Sequence record: MW411578.1
Strand: one strand, 5' to 3'
DNA: 24,000 bases
Origin: Salmonella phage SP_Thor
How positions within the stretch are numbered: position 1 is the stretch's first letter; every line of letters begins with the position of its first letter. Made by a program: the position numbers and the translations under genes. The notes beneath the pieces were generated by a model that worked only from the letters and a program-made list of their open reading frames with translations, had not been told where the DNA came from and did no database searches. Shown here piece by piece: positions 8,087 to 17,849 of this stretch.

Positions 8087-11000
8087 ATGACTGATAAGCT
8101 AATACGAGAACTACTTATAGATGTAAAGCAGAAAGGGGCAACCCGTACTGCAAAATCTATTGAGAACGTTTCCGATGCGTTAGAAAATGCTGCTGCCGCT
8201 TCCGAACTGACTAATGAGCAGTTAGGAAAAATGCCCAAAACTCTTTACTCCATTGAGAGGGCAGCGGATAGAGCAGCTAAAAGCCTAACTAAAATGCAGG
8301 CTAGCAGAGGTATGATGGGTATCACCAAATCTATAGATAGTATTGGTGCTAAGTTAGATGACCTTGCTATTGCTATGATTGAGGTATCCGATAAGCTAGA
8401 GTCTGGATTTACACATGTTGGTAAATCTGTTAAGGCGATGGGTAACGATGTAGCTGCTGCAACTGAAAAAGTTCAAGATAGATTATACGATACAAACCGT
8501 GTTTTGTCGGGTACTACTAGAGGCTTCAATGATACTACCACATCCGCAGGTCGTGCTAGTCGTGCTCTAGGTAATACATCTGGTTCTGCACGTGGTGCTA
8601 CTCGTGACTTCGCAGCAATGGCTAAAGTTGGTGGTTCTCTACCTCTTATGTATGCTGCTATCGCATCTAACGTGTTCGTTCTACAATCTGCATTCGAACA
8701 ACTTAAGATGGGTGACCAGTTAAACCGTCTGGAGAAGTTCGGTACTATTGTAGGTACTCAAACAGGTACTCCGGTACAAACTCTAGCTAGATCTCTACAA
8801 GAGGCTGCTGGTTATGCAATCTCCTTCGAAGAAGCAATGAGACAGGCATCCTCTGCTTCTGCATATGGATTCGATGCTGAACAACTTAATAAATTTGGTC
8901 TAGTAGCCCGTCGTGCTGCTGCTGTTCTTGGTGTTGATATGACTGATGCACTTAACCGTGTAATCAAGGGCGTATCTAAACAAGAAATCGAACTTCTGGA
9001 CGAACTTGGTGTTACTATTCGTCTTAACGATGCTTACGCAGACTACGTTAAACAGTTAAATGCTGCTAACACAGGTATCACATATAATGTCAATAGTCTT
9101 TCCACTTTCCAAAAGCAACAAGCATATGCTAACGCAGTAATTGCTGAATCTACTAAACGTTTCGGCTACTTGGATGACGTACTCCGTGCAACTCCATGGG
9201 AACAGTTTGCTGCTAACGCTGATGCTGCACTAAGAAAGGTTCAACAGGCTGCTGCTAAGTATTTAGGGCCGGTAATTGATTCTATTAACGCAGTATTCTA
9301 TACTTCTCAAGCATCTATCTCGGCTTCTGCTGCTAGAGCACAAGAAGAAACTAACCGTCAGATTGACCCAACTAACGTTGGTGCTGTAGCTTTAAGTCTT
9401 TCCGCTTCCGAGGAAGGATATAATAAAGCTCTTGATATGTATAAAGAGTCTCTGGATAAGCGTAATAAACTAAAGACTGAGTTTGATAAACGTATGTCCC
9501 AAGCAGATGCTAGTACTGCTGCCGCTATTAGATTAGTGGGTGAGGGAATGCCTGTTGGATTAGCTGCTGGGGGATTTGAAGTAGGGGGAGTGCGCATAGG
9601 TTCTTCCGAAGCTAACAAAAAGTTTGTAGAAGAAACCGCAGCTATGGGACTACAGGTAGCAAGGTTAGGTAAAGAAGTTGATGACTCTACTGAAAACCTT
9701 AATGCTTGGAAATCTGCGTATCAAGCTGCTGGTGCTGCGGCTGCTAAGACTAATCCAGAATTTCAGAAGCAGATTAATCTGCAGAAGGATATGAATGACC
9801 CTGATGCGGTCTATGACTTTAACTCCGCAACTCTGAAAGGACTGACGGAACAGCAGAAAGCATATGATCAGGCTAAGAAAACTGCTAGTGATTTAGCTAA
9901 CGATATCCAGAACATTTCCGAAAATACTAATACTGCGGCTAAAACTAGTGCATCCCTATCGGATACGATTAAGACTATTGAGTCTCTATCTGCCGGCACT
10001 GGTAAAAATGCTGATGAGTATGTTAAGAGTCTGAACTTAGGGTATAATACTCTTAGTGAGATGAAGACTGCCTCACAAGCTCTTGCTGGTTATGTAAAAT
10101 TAACTAGTAATGAGACTAAAAATCAGTTAGAAGTTCAGCAAAAGATTGCCGAAGTGTACAACCAGACCAAGGATAAAGAGAAAGCACAGGAAGTGGGTAG
10201 ACGTCTAGAAATCCAACAGTTAGAAGAACAGGAAGCAGCTCTTAAGCGTGTCCTAGAAACTAACAAGGGTAACAAGGCAATTGAGAATGAAATAGCTAAG
10301 GTTCAGTTAGAACGTATCAAAATTACTAACCAGGACATGGAAGCTCAGAAGAAAGTTAAGGACTATACGGATAAGATTCTTGGTGTTGATCGTGAAATAG
10401 CTCTTCTAAATGATTATACTAAGACTAGTACGCAGTATCGTTTAGCACAGCTAAAACTAGAACTACAGTTAGAGAAGGAAAAAACTGAGCTATACTCTAA
10501 ACAAGAAAACGGCCGGGCTAAAATGGAGCAATCTAGACGTGCTCAAGCACAGATAAGTAGAGAGTTATGGGAAGCAGAAAAGCAGGCAACTGCTACTCAT
10601 GTATCAGCTCTCATGGACGCCTTAGAGGTTAGTCAAACGGAGAGAAATGTCACTGGCCAGTCTCAGATTCTTACTGAAAGGTTATCTATTTCAGAAAAGC
10701 AGTTAGAGTTATCCAAAGACAATACTGAAGAAGAAATTAAATATCGTAATGAGATTTATAAAACTTCAGCAGCCCTAGAACAGCTTAAAAAACAGAGAGA
10801 TGCTCAGATGCAGCAACAGGTAGGTTCTTCTGTTGGAGCTACTTATACTCCTATGACTGGTTTATCTGGGGATGATAAGAAGTATGCTGATATGCAGAAC
10901 CAGATGGCCTCTTACGACGAAGCTATTTCTAAACTTGGAGCATTAAATAGCCAAGCAACGGAAGTTGGCCAGAGTATAGGCAATCTTACTAATGCCATGA

Positions 11001-11794
11001 TGCAGTTCTCTCAGGGATCTTTAGATACTGTTAGCACTGTGGCAGCGGGTATGCAGATGGTTTCTTCAATGATCGCTATGGGAGTAAGTAATCAAGTATC
11101 CGCTATTGATCAGGCTATTGCAGCAGAGCAAAAACGTGACGGTAAATCCGAAGCATCTAAAGCTAAGCTCAAGAAACTGGAAGCGGAAAAGGTTAAGATC
11201 CAGCAGGATGCAGCTAAGAAGCAAATCATTATTCAGACGGCAGTAGCGGTGATGCAAGCAGCAACAGCTGTTCCCTACCCCTGGTCTATTCCTCTTATGA
11301 TTGCCGCAGGTGTTGCAGGTGCATTGTCTCTTGCACAAGCATCCTCTGCATCTGGTATGTCTTCTATTGGAGACTCGGGTACTGATACAGCTCAATACTT
11401 GTCTCTTGGAGAGCGCCAGAAGAACGTAGACGTTTCTATGTCGGCTAACGCAGGAGAACTTTCTTATATTCGAGGAGATCAAGGGATTGGTAATGCGAAC
11501 TCTTTCGTACCTCGTGCAGAAGGTGGTAATATGTATCCTGGAGTTAGTTACCAGATGGGTGAACATGGTACCGAAGTAATCACTCCTATGGTTCCGATGA
11601 AGGCTACTCCTACTGATGAACTCAAAGGATCTTCAAAAGGTACATCGGGTAGACCTATTGTGCTGAACATCAGTACGATGGATGCGGCTAGCTTCCGAGA
11701 CTTTGCTTCGAGTAACAGTGCTGCTTTCAGGGATGCCGTGGAACAGGCTCTTAATGAGAATGGAACCACCCTGAAATCACTTGGTAATTCTTAA
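8087..11794 (+). CDS. Tape measure protein (T5 pb2-like)
   Basis: 1235 aa, long coiled-coil with hydrophobic segments (e.g. SLPLMYAAIASNVFVLQSAFEQL; IIIQTAVAVMQAATAVPYPWSIPLMIAAGVAGALSLAQASS). Confidence 0.95.
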   Translation: MTDKLIRELLIDVKQKGATRTAKSIENVSDALENAAAASELTNEQLGKMPKTLYSIERAADRAAKSLTKMQASRGMMGITKSIDSIGAKLDDLAIAMIEVSDKLESGFTHVGKSVKAMGNDVAAATEKVQDRLYDTNRVLSGTTRGFNDTTTSAGRASRALGNTSGSARGATRDFAAMAKVGGSLPLMYAAIASNVFVLQSAFEQLKMGDQLNRLEKFGTIVGTQTGTPVQTLARSLQEAAGYAISFEEAMRQASSASAYGFDAEQLNKFGLVARRAAAVLGVDMTDALNRVIKGVSKQEIELLDELGVTIRLNDAYADYVKQLNAANTGITYNVNSLSTFQKQQAYANAVIAESTKRFGYLDDVLRATPWEQFAANADAALRKVQQAAAKYLGPVIDSINAVFYTSQASISASAARAQEETNRQIDPTNVGAVALSLSASEEGYNKALDMYKESLDKRNKLKTEFDKRMSQADASTAAAIRLVGEGMPVGLAAGGFEVGGVRIGSSEANKKFVEETAAMGLQVARLGKEVDDSTENLNAWKSAYQAAGAAAAKTNPEFQKQINLQKDMNDPDAVYDFNSATLKGLTEQQKAYDQAKKTASDLANDIQNISENTNTAAKTSASLSDTIKTIESLSAGTGKNADEYVKSLNLGYNTLSEMKTASQALAGYVKLTSNETKNQLEVQQKIAEVYNQTKDKEKAQEVGRRLEIQQLEEQEAALKRVLETNKGNKAIENEIAKVQLERIKITNQDMEAQKKVKDYTDKILGVDREIALLNDYTKTSTQYRLAQLKLELQLEKEKTELYSKQENGRAKMEQSRRAQAQISRELWEAEKQATATHVSALMDALEVSQTERNVTGQSQILTERLSISEKQLELSKDNTEEEIKYRNEIYKTSAALEQLKKQRDAQMQQQVGSSVGATYTPMTGLSGDDKKYADMQNQMASYDEAISKLGALNSQATEVGQSIGNLTNAMMQFSQGSLDTVSTVAAGMQMVSSMIAMGVSNQVSAIDQAIAAEQKRDGKSEASKAKLKKLEAEKVKIQQDAAKKQIIIQTAVAVMQAATAVPYPWSIPLMIAAGVAGALSLAQASSASGMSSIGDSGTDTAQYLSLGERQKNVDVSMSANAGELSYIRGDQGIGNANSFVPRAEGGNMYPGVSYQMGEHGTEVITPMVPMKATPTDELKGSSKGTSGRPIVLNISTMDAASFRDFASSNSAAFRDAVEQALNENGTTLKSLGNS

Positions 11795-11800
11795 TACTGG

Positions 11801-11825
11801 AGGAGGACTTTATGTCCTCCTTTTC
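11801..11825 (+). terminator. Intrinsic terminator after the tape measure gene
   Basis: GGAGGAC-TTTAT-GTCCTCC followed by TTTTC. Confidence 0.75.
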
Positions 11826-11847
11826 TTTATGGAAAAATAAAAATTTC

Positions 11848-11876
11848 TTGATAAAATTTTCCAATCCTATTATAAT
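11848..11876 (+). promoter_or_regulatory. Strong candidate sigma70-type promoter upstream of the dit gene
   Basis: TTGATA - 17 nt - TATAAT, in an AT-rich intergenic region, followed by SD AGAGGAGAAA and ATG at 11903. Confidence 0.75.
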
Positions 11877-11902
11877 ATTGTTATTAAGAGGAGAAATTAA
11901 CT

Positions 11903-12517
11903 ATGAGACTACCAGACCCATACACGAACCCAGAGCTATCAGGGTTAGGTTTTGAAAGCGTTAACTTAGTAGACAATGACCCTATGATTCGTGATGAATT
12001 ACCTAATGGTAAAGTTAGGGAGGTTAAGGTGTCTGCTCAATATTGGGGTATTAATATCTCTTATCCAGAATTATTCCCAGATGAATTTGCTAAATTAGAT
12101 TCATTCATTCTAGATTACAAAAGAACAGGTAGCTATATTGATGTGTTATTACCACAATATGAGGCTTTCCGAGTTCGTGGTGATACTAGTGCTGTAAATA
12201 TTCCTGCTGGACAAAAAGGTTCAATAGTTATTATGGACACTAAAGGTACACTTCGTGGACTGCCTAAACCAGGCGATTTATTTAAGTTGTCCAATCATCC
12301 AAAAGTGTATAAAATCACTTCTATCAACACAGCAGGAAATACTTGGAATATAAGTGTTTATCCTGATCTGTTCATTACTACTACGGGTAGTGAGAAACCG
12401 GTATTTAATGGTATTCTATTTAGAACTAAATTAATGAATGGAGACAGCTTCGGCTCTACGTTAAATAGCAATGGTACATATACTGGTATTTCACTTTCCT
12501 TGAGGGAAAGTCTATGA
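11903..12517 (+). CDS. Distal tail protein Dit (T5 pb9-like)
   Basis: 204 aa, immediately after the tape measure gene; length and position match the T5 Dit. Confidence 0.8.
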   Translation: MRLPDPYTNPELSGLGFESVNLVDNDPMIRDELPNGKVREVKVSAQYWGINISYPELFPDEFAKLDSFILDYKRTGSYIDVLLPQYEAFRVRGDTSAVNIPAGQKGSIVIMDTKGTLRGLPKPGDLFKLSNHPKVYKITSINTAGNTWNISVYPDLFITTTGSEKPVFNGILFRTKLMNGDSFGSTLNSNGTYTGISLSLRESL

Positions 12518-15363
12518 AGAAAATTCTTGACAGTGCAAGAGAGTATTTAAGAACCAATAATAAAATAAAAACTGCATGCCTTATTACTCTTGAATTGCCA
12601 AGCTCTACTGGATCAAGTTCTGCCTACATATATCTTACAGATTATTTTAGAGATGTAAGATATAATGGGATTCTTTATACATCCGGTAAGGTTAAGTCTA
12701 TAACAACACATAAACAAAATAGAGATCTTTCCATTGGTAGTCTTTCTTTTACTATCACAGGTACTGCTGAGGATGAAGTATTAAAACTAGTCCAAAATGG
12801 TGTATCATTCCTAGATAGATCCATCTCAATCCATCAAGCGGTTATTGATGAAGAAGGTAACATTCTTCCTGTAGATCCAGACACTAATGGTCCTTTACTT
12901 TACTTCCGTGGTAAAATCACTGGTGGTGGTATTAAGGATAACATTGGTACTTCTGGAATTAGCACATCCACTATCACATGGAACTGTTCGAACCAGTTTT
13001 ACGACTTTGATAGAGTAAACGGACGTTTCACAGACGATGCTGACCATAGGGGACTTGAGATTGTTGCTGGCCAATTAGTTCCATCTAATGGTGCTAAGCG
13101 ACCTGAATATCAAGAGGACTATGGATTCTTCCACGCTAACAAGAGTATTTCTATTCTTGCTAAATATCAGGTTCAGGAAGAGCGTTACAAGTTACAGTCT
13201 AAGAAAAAGTTATTTGGTCTTTCTAGAAGCTATAGCCTAAAGAAATACTATGAGACTGTGACTAAGGAAGTTGACATCGATTTTAACTTAGCGGCTAAGT
13301 TTCTTCCAGTAGTGTATGGAACTCAGAAAATCCCTGGAATCCCCGTATTTGCGGATACTGAGCTGCATAACCCTAATATCGTATATATAGTATACGCCTT
13401 CTGTGAGGGTGAGATTGATGGATTTCTAGATTTCTACTTTGGTGATGTACCAATGATCTGTATTGATCCTAACGATAGTAAGTCTCGTACTTGCTTTGGT
13501 ACTAAGAAAGTAGCTGGAGATACCATGCAACGTATTGCTTCTGGTCAATCAAGCTCTGAACCCTCTGTTCATGGACAGGAATATAGGTATAACGATGGTA
13601 ATGGCGATATACGTATCTGGACTTATCATGGTAAAGCAGACCAATCTGCTGCGGATGTTCTAGTTAACATTGCAAAAGAGAAAGGTTTCTACCTACAGAA
13701 CATGAATGAGAATGGACCAGAATACTGGGACTCTCGTTATAAACTGTTAGATACTGCTTACGCTATTGTTCGCTTTACTATTAATGAAAACAGAACAGAA
13801 ATTCCAGAAGTTAGCGCTGAAGTTCAAGGTAAGAAGATTAAGATCTATCATTCAGATGGTAGAGTAACTGCTGATAAGACTAGCTTAAATGGTATCTGGC
13901 AAACTCTGGACTACCTAACCTCTGATCGCTATGGTGCTAATATCACTATTGATCAGTTCCCTCTCCAGCAACTTATTCAAGAAGCAGCTATTCTGGATAT
14001 AATTGATGAATCCTATCAGGTTTCTTGGCAACCCTACTGGAGATACGTTGGATGGACTGATGCTGTAGGAGAGAATAGACAAATAGTTCAAATGAACACT
14101 ATTCTTGATACCTCTGAGTCAGTATTTAAAAACGTGCAGGGATTAATAGAGTCTTATGGTGGTGCTATCAACAACTTATCTGGTCAATATAGAATAACTG
14201 TTGAGAAGTTCTCGAATACTCCCCTGGAGATTGACTTCTTAGATACCTATGGTGATCTGGAATTGTCAGATACTACTGGCAGAAATAAATTCAACTCAGT
14301 ACAAGCCTCTATATTAGATCCTGCATTAAGCTGGAAAACTAACTCCATCACATTCTTTAACTCTGTATTTAAAGAACAAGATAAAGGGTTAGATAAAAAA
14401 CTTCAGCTTTCTTTTGCAAACATCACTAACTACTATACTGCGCGTAGCTTTGCAGATAGAGAACTGAAAAAGTCTCGCTACTCACGAACTCTCACATTCT
14501 CATTACCATATCATTTCATAGGCATTGAGCCTAACGACCCAATTTCTTTTACATATGGTCGTTATGGTTGGGATAAGAAATACTTCCTAGTTGACGAAGT
14601 TGAAAACTCTAGAGAAGGTAAGATTAATATTACACTGCAAGAGTACGGTGAGGATGTATTCATTAACTCCGAGCAGGTTGATAATAGTGGTAACGATATC
14701 CCTGATGTTAGTAATAACGTACTACCTCCTAGAGACTTTATGTATACACCAACACCGGGGGGACAAGTAGGATCTATTGGTAAGAATGGTGAGCTATCTT
14801 GGCTTCCTAGCTTAACTAATAACGTTGTTTATTACTCCATCGTTCACTCTGGGCATGCTGATCCTTATATAGTACAGCAACTAGAAACTAATCCAAATCT
14901 ACGAATGATCCAAGAAATTATTGGAGAACCTGCTGGTTTAGCAGTCTTTGAGATTAGAGCTGTAGATATTAATGGTAGACGAAGTTCTCCTGTAACATTA
15001 TCGGTAGAACTTAACTCTGCTAAAAACTTAAGCGTCGTTAGTAATTTCAGGGTTACTAACACAGCTTCAGGAGATGCATCGGAGTTTGTAGGACCAGACG
15101 TTAAGTTGGCCTGGGATAGAATTCCAGAAGAAGATATCATTGATGGAATCTTCTACACTCTCGAGATCTACGATAACCTAGATCGTTTATTAAGAAGTGT
15201 ACGAATTGAAGATCAGTATGTCTACGATTATCTACTGATATACAATAAGGCAGACTATGCTCTTCATAACGAGGATGCTCTAGGTATTAATAGGAAGTTA
15301 CGCTTCCGTATAAGAGCAGAAGGTGATAATGGCGAGCAATCTGTGGATTGGGCATCTATTTAA
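12514..15363 (+). CDS. Baseplate hub / tail tip protein (T5 pb3-like)
   Basis: 949 aa; overlaps the dit stop (ATGA); hub-like N-terminus and C-terminal FNIII-like region (DLSVVSNFRVTN..., DVKLAWDRIPEEDIIDGIFYTLEIYDNLDRLL). Confidence 0.85.
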   Translation: MKKILDSAREYLRTNNKIKTACLITLELPSSTGSSSAYIYLTDYFRDVRYNGILYTSGKVKSITTHKQNRDLSIGSLSFTITGTAEDEVLKLVQNGVSFLDRSISIHQAVIDEEGNILPVDPDTNGPLLYFRGKITGGGIKDNIGTSGISTSTITWNCSNQFYDFDRVNGRFTDDADHRGLEIVAGQLVPSNGAKRPEYQEDYGFFHANKSISILAKYQVQEERYKLQSKKKLFGLSRSYSLKKYYETVTKEVDIDFNLAAKFLPVVYGTQKIPGIPVFADTELHNPNIVYIVYAFCEGEIDGFLDFYFGDVPMICIDPNDSKSRTCFGTKKVAGDTMQRIASGQSSSEPSVHGQEYRYNDGNGDIRIWTYHGKADQSAADVLVNIAKEKGFYLQNMNENGPEYWDSRYKLLDTAYAIVRFTINENRTEIPEVSAEVQGKKIKIYHSDGRVTADKTSLNGIWQTLDYLTSDRYGANITIDQFPLQQLIQEAAILDIIDESYQVSWQPYWRYVGWTDAVGENRQIVQMNTILDTSESVFKNVQGLIESYGGAINNLSGQYRITVEKFSNTPLEIDFLDTYGDLELSDTTGRNKFNSVQASILDPALSWKTNSITFFNSVFKEQDKGLDKKLQLSFANITNYYTARSFADRELKKSRYSRTLTFSLPYHFIGIEPNDPISFTYGRYGWDKKYFLVDEVENSREGKINITLQEYGEDVFINSEQVDNSGNDIPDVSNNVLPPRDFMYTPTPGGQVGSIGKNGELSWLPSLTNNVVYYSIVHSGHADPYIVQQLETNPNLRMIQEIIGEPAGLAVFEIRAVDINGRRSSPVTLSVELNSAKNLSVVSNFRVTNTASGDASEFVGPDVKLAWDRIPEEDIIDGIFYTLEIYDNLDRLLRSVRIEDQYVYDYLLIYNKADYALHNEDALGINRKLRFRIRAEGDNGEQSVDWASI

Positions 15364-17421
15364 ATGATTTCGAATAATGCACCAGCCAATATGGTCTTAA
15401 ATAGTATTATGACTGGATATACTATGGCGTATATCCAGCATTCTATCTATACCGACTACGATGTTATCGGTAGATCATTCTGGCTTAAACTTGGCGAAGA
15501 AGTGGATAGAAGAGATTTCACTGGAATCGACACTTTCTTTGTTATGATCAATAACTTAACTCCTTCAACTACCTATCAGGTTCAGGGAGCATTTTATGAC
15601 TCAATTATTGATTCAGAACTTTTAAATGCAAAAATTGGTATTAACCTCTCTAATGAAACTAACTTTAAAACAAAAGAGAAGCCAATAATTGTTGCAGCAA
15701 GATCTGAGTCAGAACCTGTGGATGTTGGGGTGGGCGCACCCATAGTTGTTGTGGAAACAACTGGTGAAGCAAGCTACTGTACTATTGAGTTAAAAAGTAC
15801 AGCCACTGAAGACAGTCCATGGACTAAATATTATATTGGGGCTTTAGGTTCTACTATTAAATTTGGTGGAGTTCCTATCGGAGATTATAAGATCAGAATA
15901 TCTGGTCAAGTAACTATGCCTGATGGTGTTACAGTTGATTCTTCTGGGTACTATGAGTTCCCTAATATTCTAACTGTAGCTTATAATTTTGTTCCTCCTA
16001 CTGCACCTATCGATATTGTTTTTAAAGCTGCACGAATTGCTGATGGTAAAGAACGATATGATGTTAGAATTGAGTGGGACTGGGAACGTGGTGCTGGTGC
16101 TAACGTTCGTGAATTCTTGGTTACTTATATAAACTCCGAGGAATACGCTAAAACTGGATGGGCGAAAGCTCAAAAGATAAACGTTGGTGCTGCTAGAGCT
16201 GCAACAATTATATCATTCCCGTGGAAAGTTGGGCATACTTTTAAGGTATCATCAATTGCCTGGGGACCAAATAAACAAGATATAACAGAGTCAGCTCCTG
16301 TAACATTTACTCTGAATGAAGATACTCCTCTAGATAATAGTTTTGTCAATGAGACGGGTATTGATGTTAACTATGCCTTTATTAAAGGCAGCATGAAAGA
16401 TGGGGAAATCTGGAGACAAACATTCCTAATTGATGCAGCTACGGGTGCTATTAACATTGGTCTGCTAGATGGAGAAGGTAAAGCACCTATTTCTTTCGAC
16501 CCTATAAACCGTGTTGTTAACGTTGATGGTAAAGTAATCACTAGAGATATTAATGCTGCAAACTTTATTATGACTAACTTGTCTGGTAAAGATAATCCAG
16601 CAATTTACACTCAAGGTAAATCTTGGGGAGATAATAACTCTGGTATTTGGATGGGCATGGATAATACCTCTGCCCAAGCTAAATTAGATATTGGTAATGC
16701 TACACAATGGATACGTTATGATGGTACCACCCTACGTATTTCTAGTGGTGTAGTAATTGGAACACCAAATGGTGACGTAGATATTGGTACTGGATTACAG
16801 GGTAAACAAACAGTATTTGTTTATAAGTTAGCAACATCTCTACCAGCTAAACCGCTAGAACAAGATTATCCACCTCCTGGTTGGTCAAAAACTCCACCTA
16901 ATCGTACAGATATGACACAAAATATCTATACTACTACGGGTACACTTGATCCAGTTACTAACAAACTTCTTGAAGGTACTAGCTGGTCTGATGTGGTTCA
17001 GTGGAGCGGTACTGAAGGTACTATAGGACATGATGGACAGCGTGGTCCTGGGATGTACTCCATGGGTATTTCTGGATTAGGTGGTTGGGATGATGGACAG
17101 GCTAATGCATTCTTCCAAAATAACTTTGGAAAACCTCCGGTTAAGTATGATGTTCTAACACAATTTAACAGTAATGCTCCGCAAACAGCATTTACCCGTC
17201 AATGGAACGGAGCTGGATGGATTAACCCTGCAATGGTTCTTCATGGCAATATGATTGTTAATGGAACTGTAACTGCGGATAAGATTGTGGCAGGAAATGC
17301 CTTCTTATCACAAATAGGTGTTAATATAATCTACGATAGAAATGCTGCGTTATCAGGGAACCCTGAAGCATACTACAAGATGAAGATAGACCTAAATAGT
17401 GGGTATATCCATATAAGGTAA
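15364..17421 (+). CDS. Straight tail fibre / tail tip protein (T5 pb4-like)
   Basis: 685 aa; FNIII-like segments followed by the phage tail-tip pattern [41 protein letters not shown]. Confidence 0.8.
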   Translation: MISNNAPANMVLNSIMTGYTMAYIQHSIYTDYDVIGRSFWLKLGEEVDRRDFTGIDTFFVMINNLTPSTTYQVQGAFYDSIIDSELLNAKIGINLSNETNFKTKEKPIIVAARSESEPVDVGVGAPIVVVETTGEASYCTIELKSTATEDSPWTKYYIGALGSTIKFGGVPIGDYKIRISGQVTMPDGVTVDSSGYYEFPNILTVAYNFVPPTAPIDIVFKAARIADGKERYDVRIEWDWERGAGANVREFLVTYINSEEYAKTGWAKAQKINVGAARAATIISFPWKVGHTFKVSSIAWGPNKQDITESAPVTFTLNEDTPLDNSFVNETGIDVNYAFIKGSMKDGEIWRQTFLIDAATGAINIGLLDGEGKAPISFDPINRVVNVDGKVITRDINAANFIMTNLSGKDNPAIYTQGKSWGDNNSGIWMGMDNTSAQAKLDIGNATQWIRYDGTTLRISSGVVIGTPNGDVDIGTGLQGKQTVFVYKLATSLPAKPLEQDYPPPGWSKTPPNRTDMTQNIYTTTGTLDPVTNKLLEGTSWSDVVQWSGTEGTIGHDGQRGPGMYSMGISGLGGWDDGQANAFFQNNFGKPPVKYDVLTQFNSNAPQTAFTRQWNGAGWINPAMVLHGNMIVNGTVTADKIVAGNAFLSQIGVNIIYDRNAALSGNPEAYYKMKIDLNSGYIHIR

Positions 17422-17426
17422 TTATA

Positions 17427-17849
17427 ATGAGTACAGAAAACCGAGTTATTGATATTGTTGTTGATGAGAAAGTACCTTATGGTCTTATCATGCAGTTTAT
17501 GGATGTTGATGACAGTGTATATCCACCAACAGAAGTTCCTATTAACTTAACCGGATATTCACTCCGAGGAACTATTAAATCTAGTCTAGATGAGAACGCC
17601 GAGGTTCTAGCTAACTTTAAAACTCATGTTATTGATGCTGCTCAAGGTGCTGCTGCAATTAGTCTTTCCATTGCAGACACTACTAATATTGGTGAAAAAG
17701 CATCTAAAGAACGTGATAAGTATAACCCAAGACAACGTTTTGCTGGTTATTATGATATCCTAATGACTCGTGATGTAATTGGCTCTGAAGTCAATTCTTT
17801 CCGTATTATGGAAGGTAAAGTATACATCAGCGATGGAGTAACTCAATAA
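17427..17849 (+). CDS. Baseplate-associated protein (T5 p132-like)
   Basis: 140 aa, BppU-like N-terminus ([45 protein letters not shown]). Confidence 0.7.
   Translation: MSTENRVIDIVVDEKVPYGLIMQFMDVDDSVYPPTEVPINLTGYSLRGTIKSSLDENAEVLANFKTHVIDAAQGAAAISLSIADTTNIGEKASKERDKYNPRQRFAGYYDILMTRDVIGSEVNSFRIMEGKVYISDGVTQ

Noticed and set aside
11066-11566. 166 aa - strand ORF opposite the tape measure gene
   Set aside because: Cys/Arg-rich, no SD or context; the + strand tape measure is clearly coding here.
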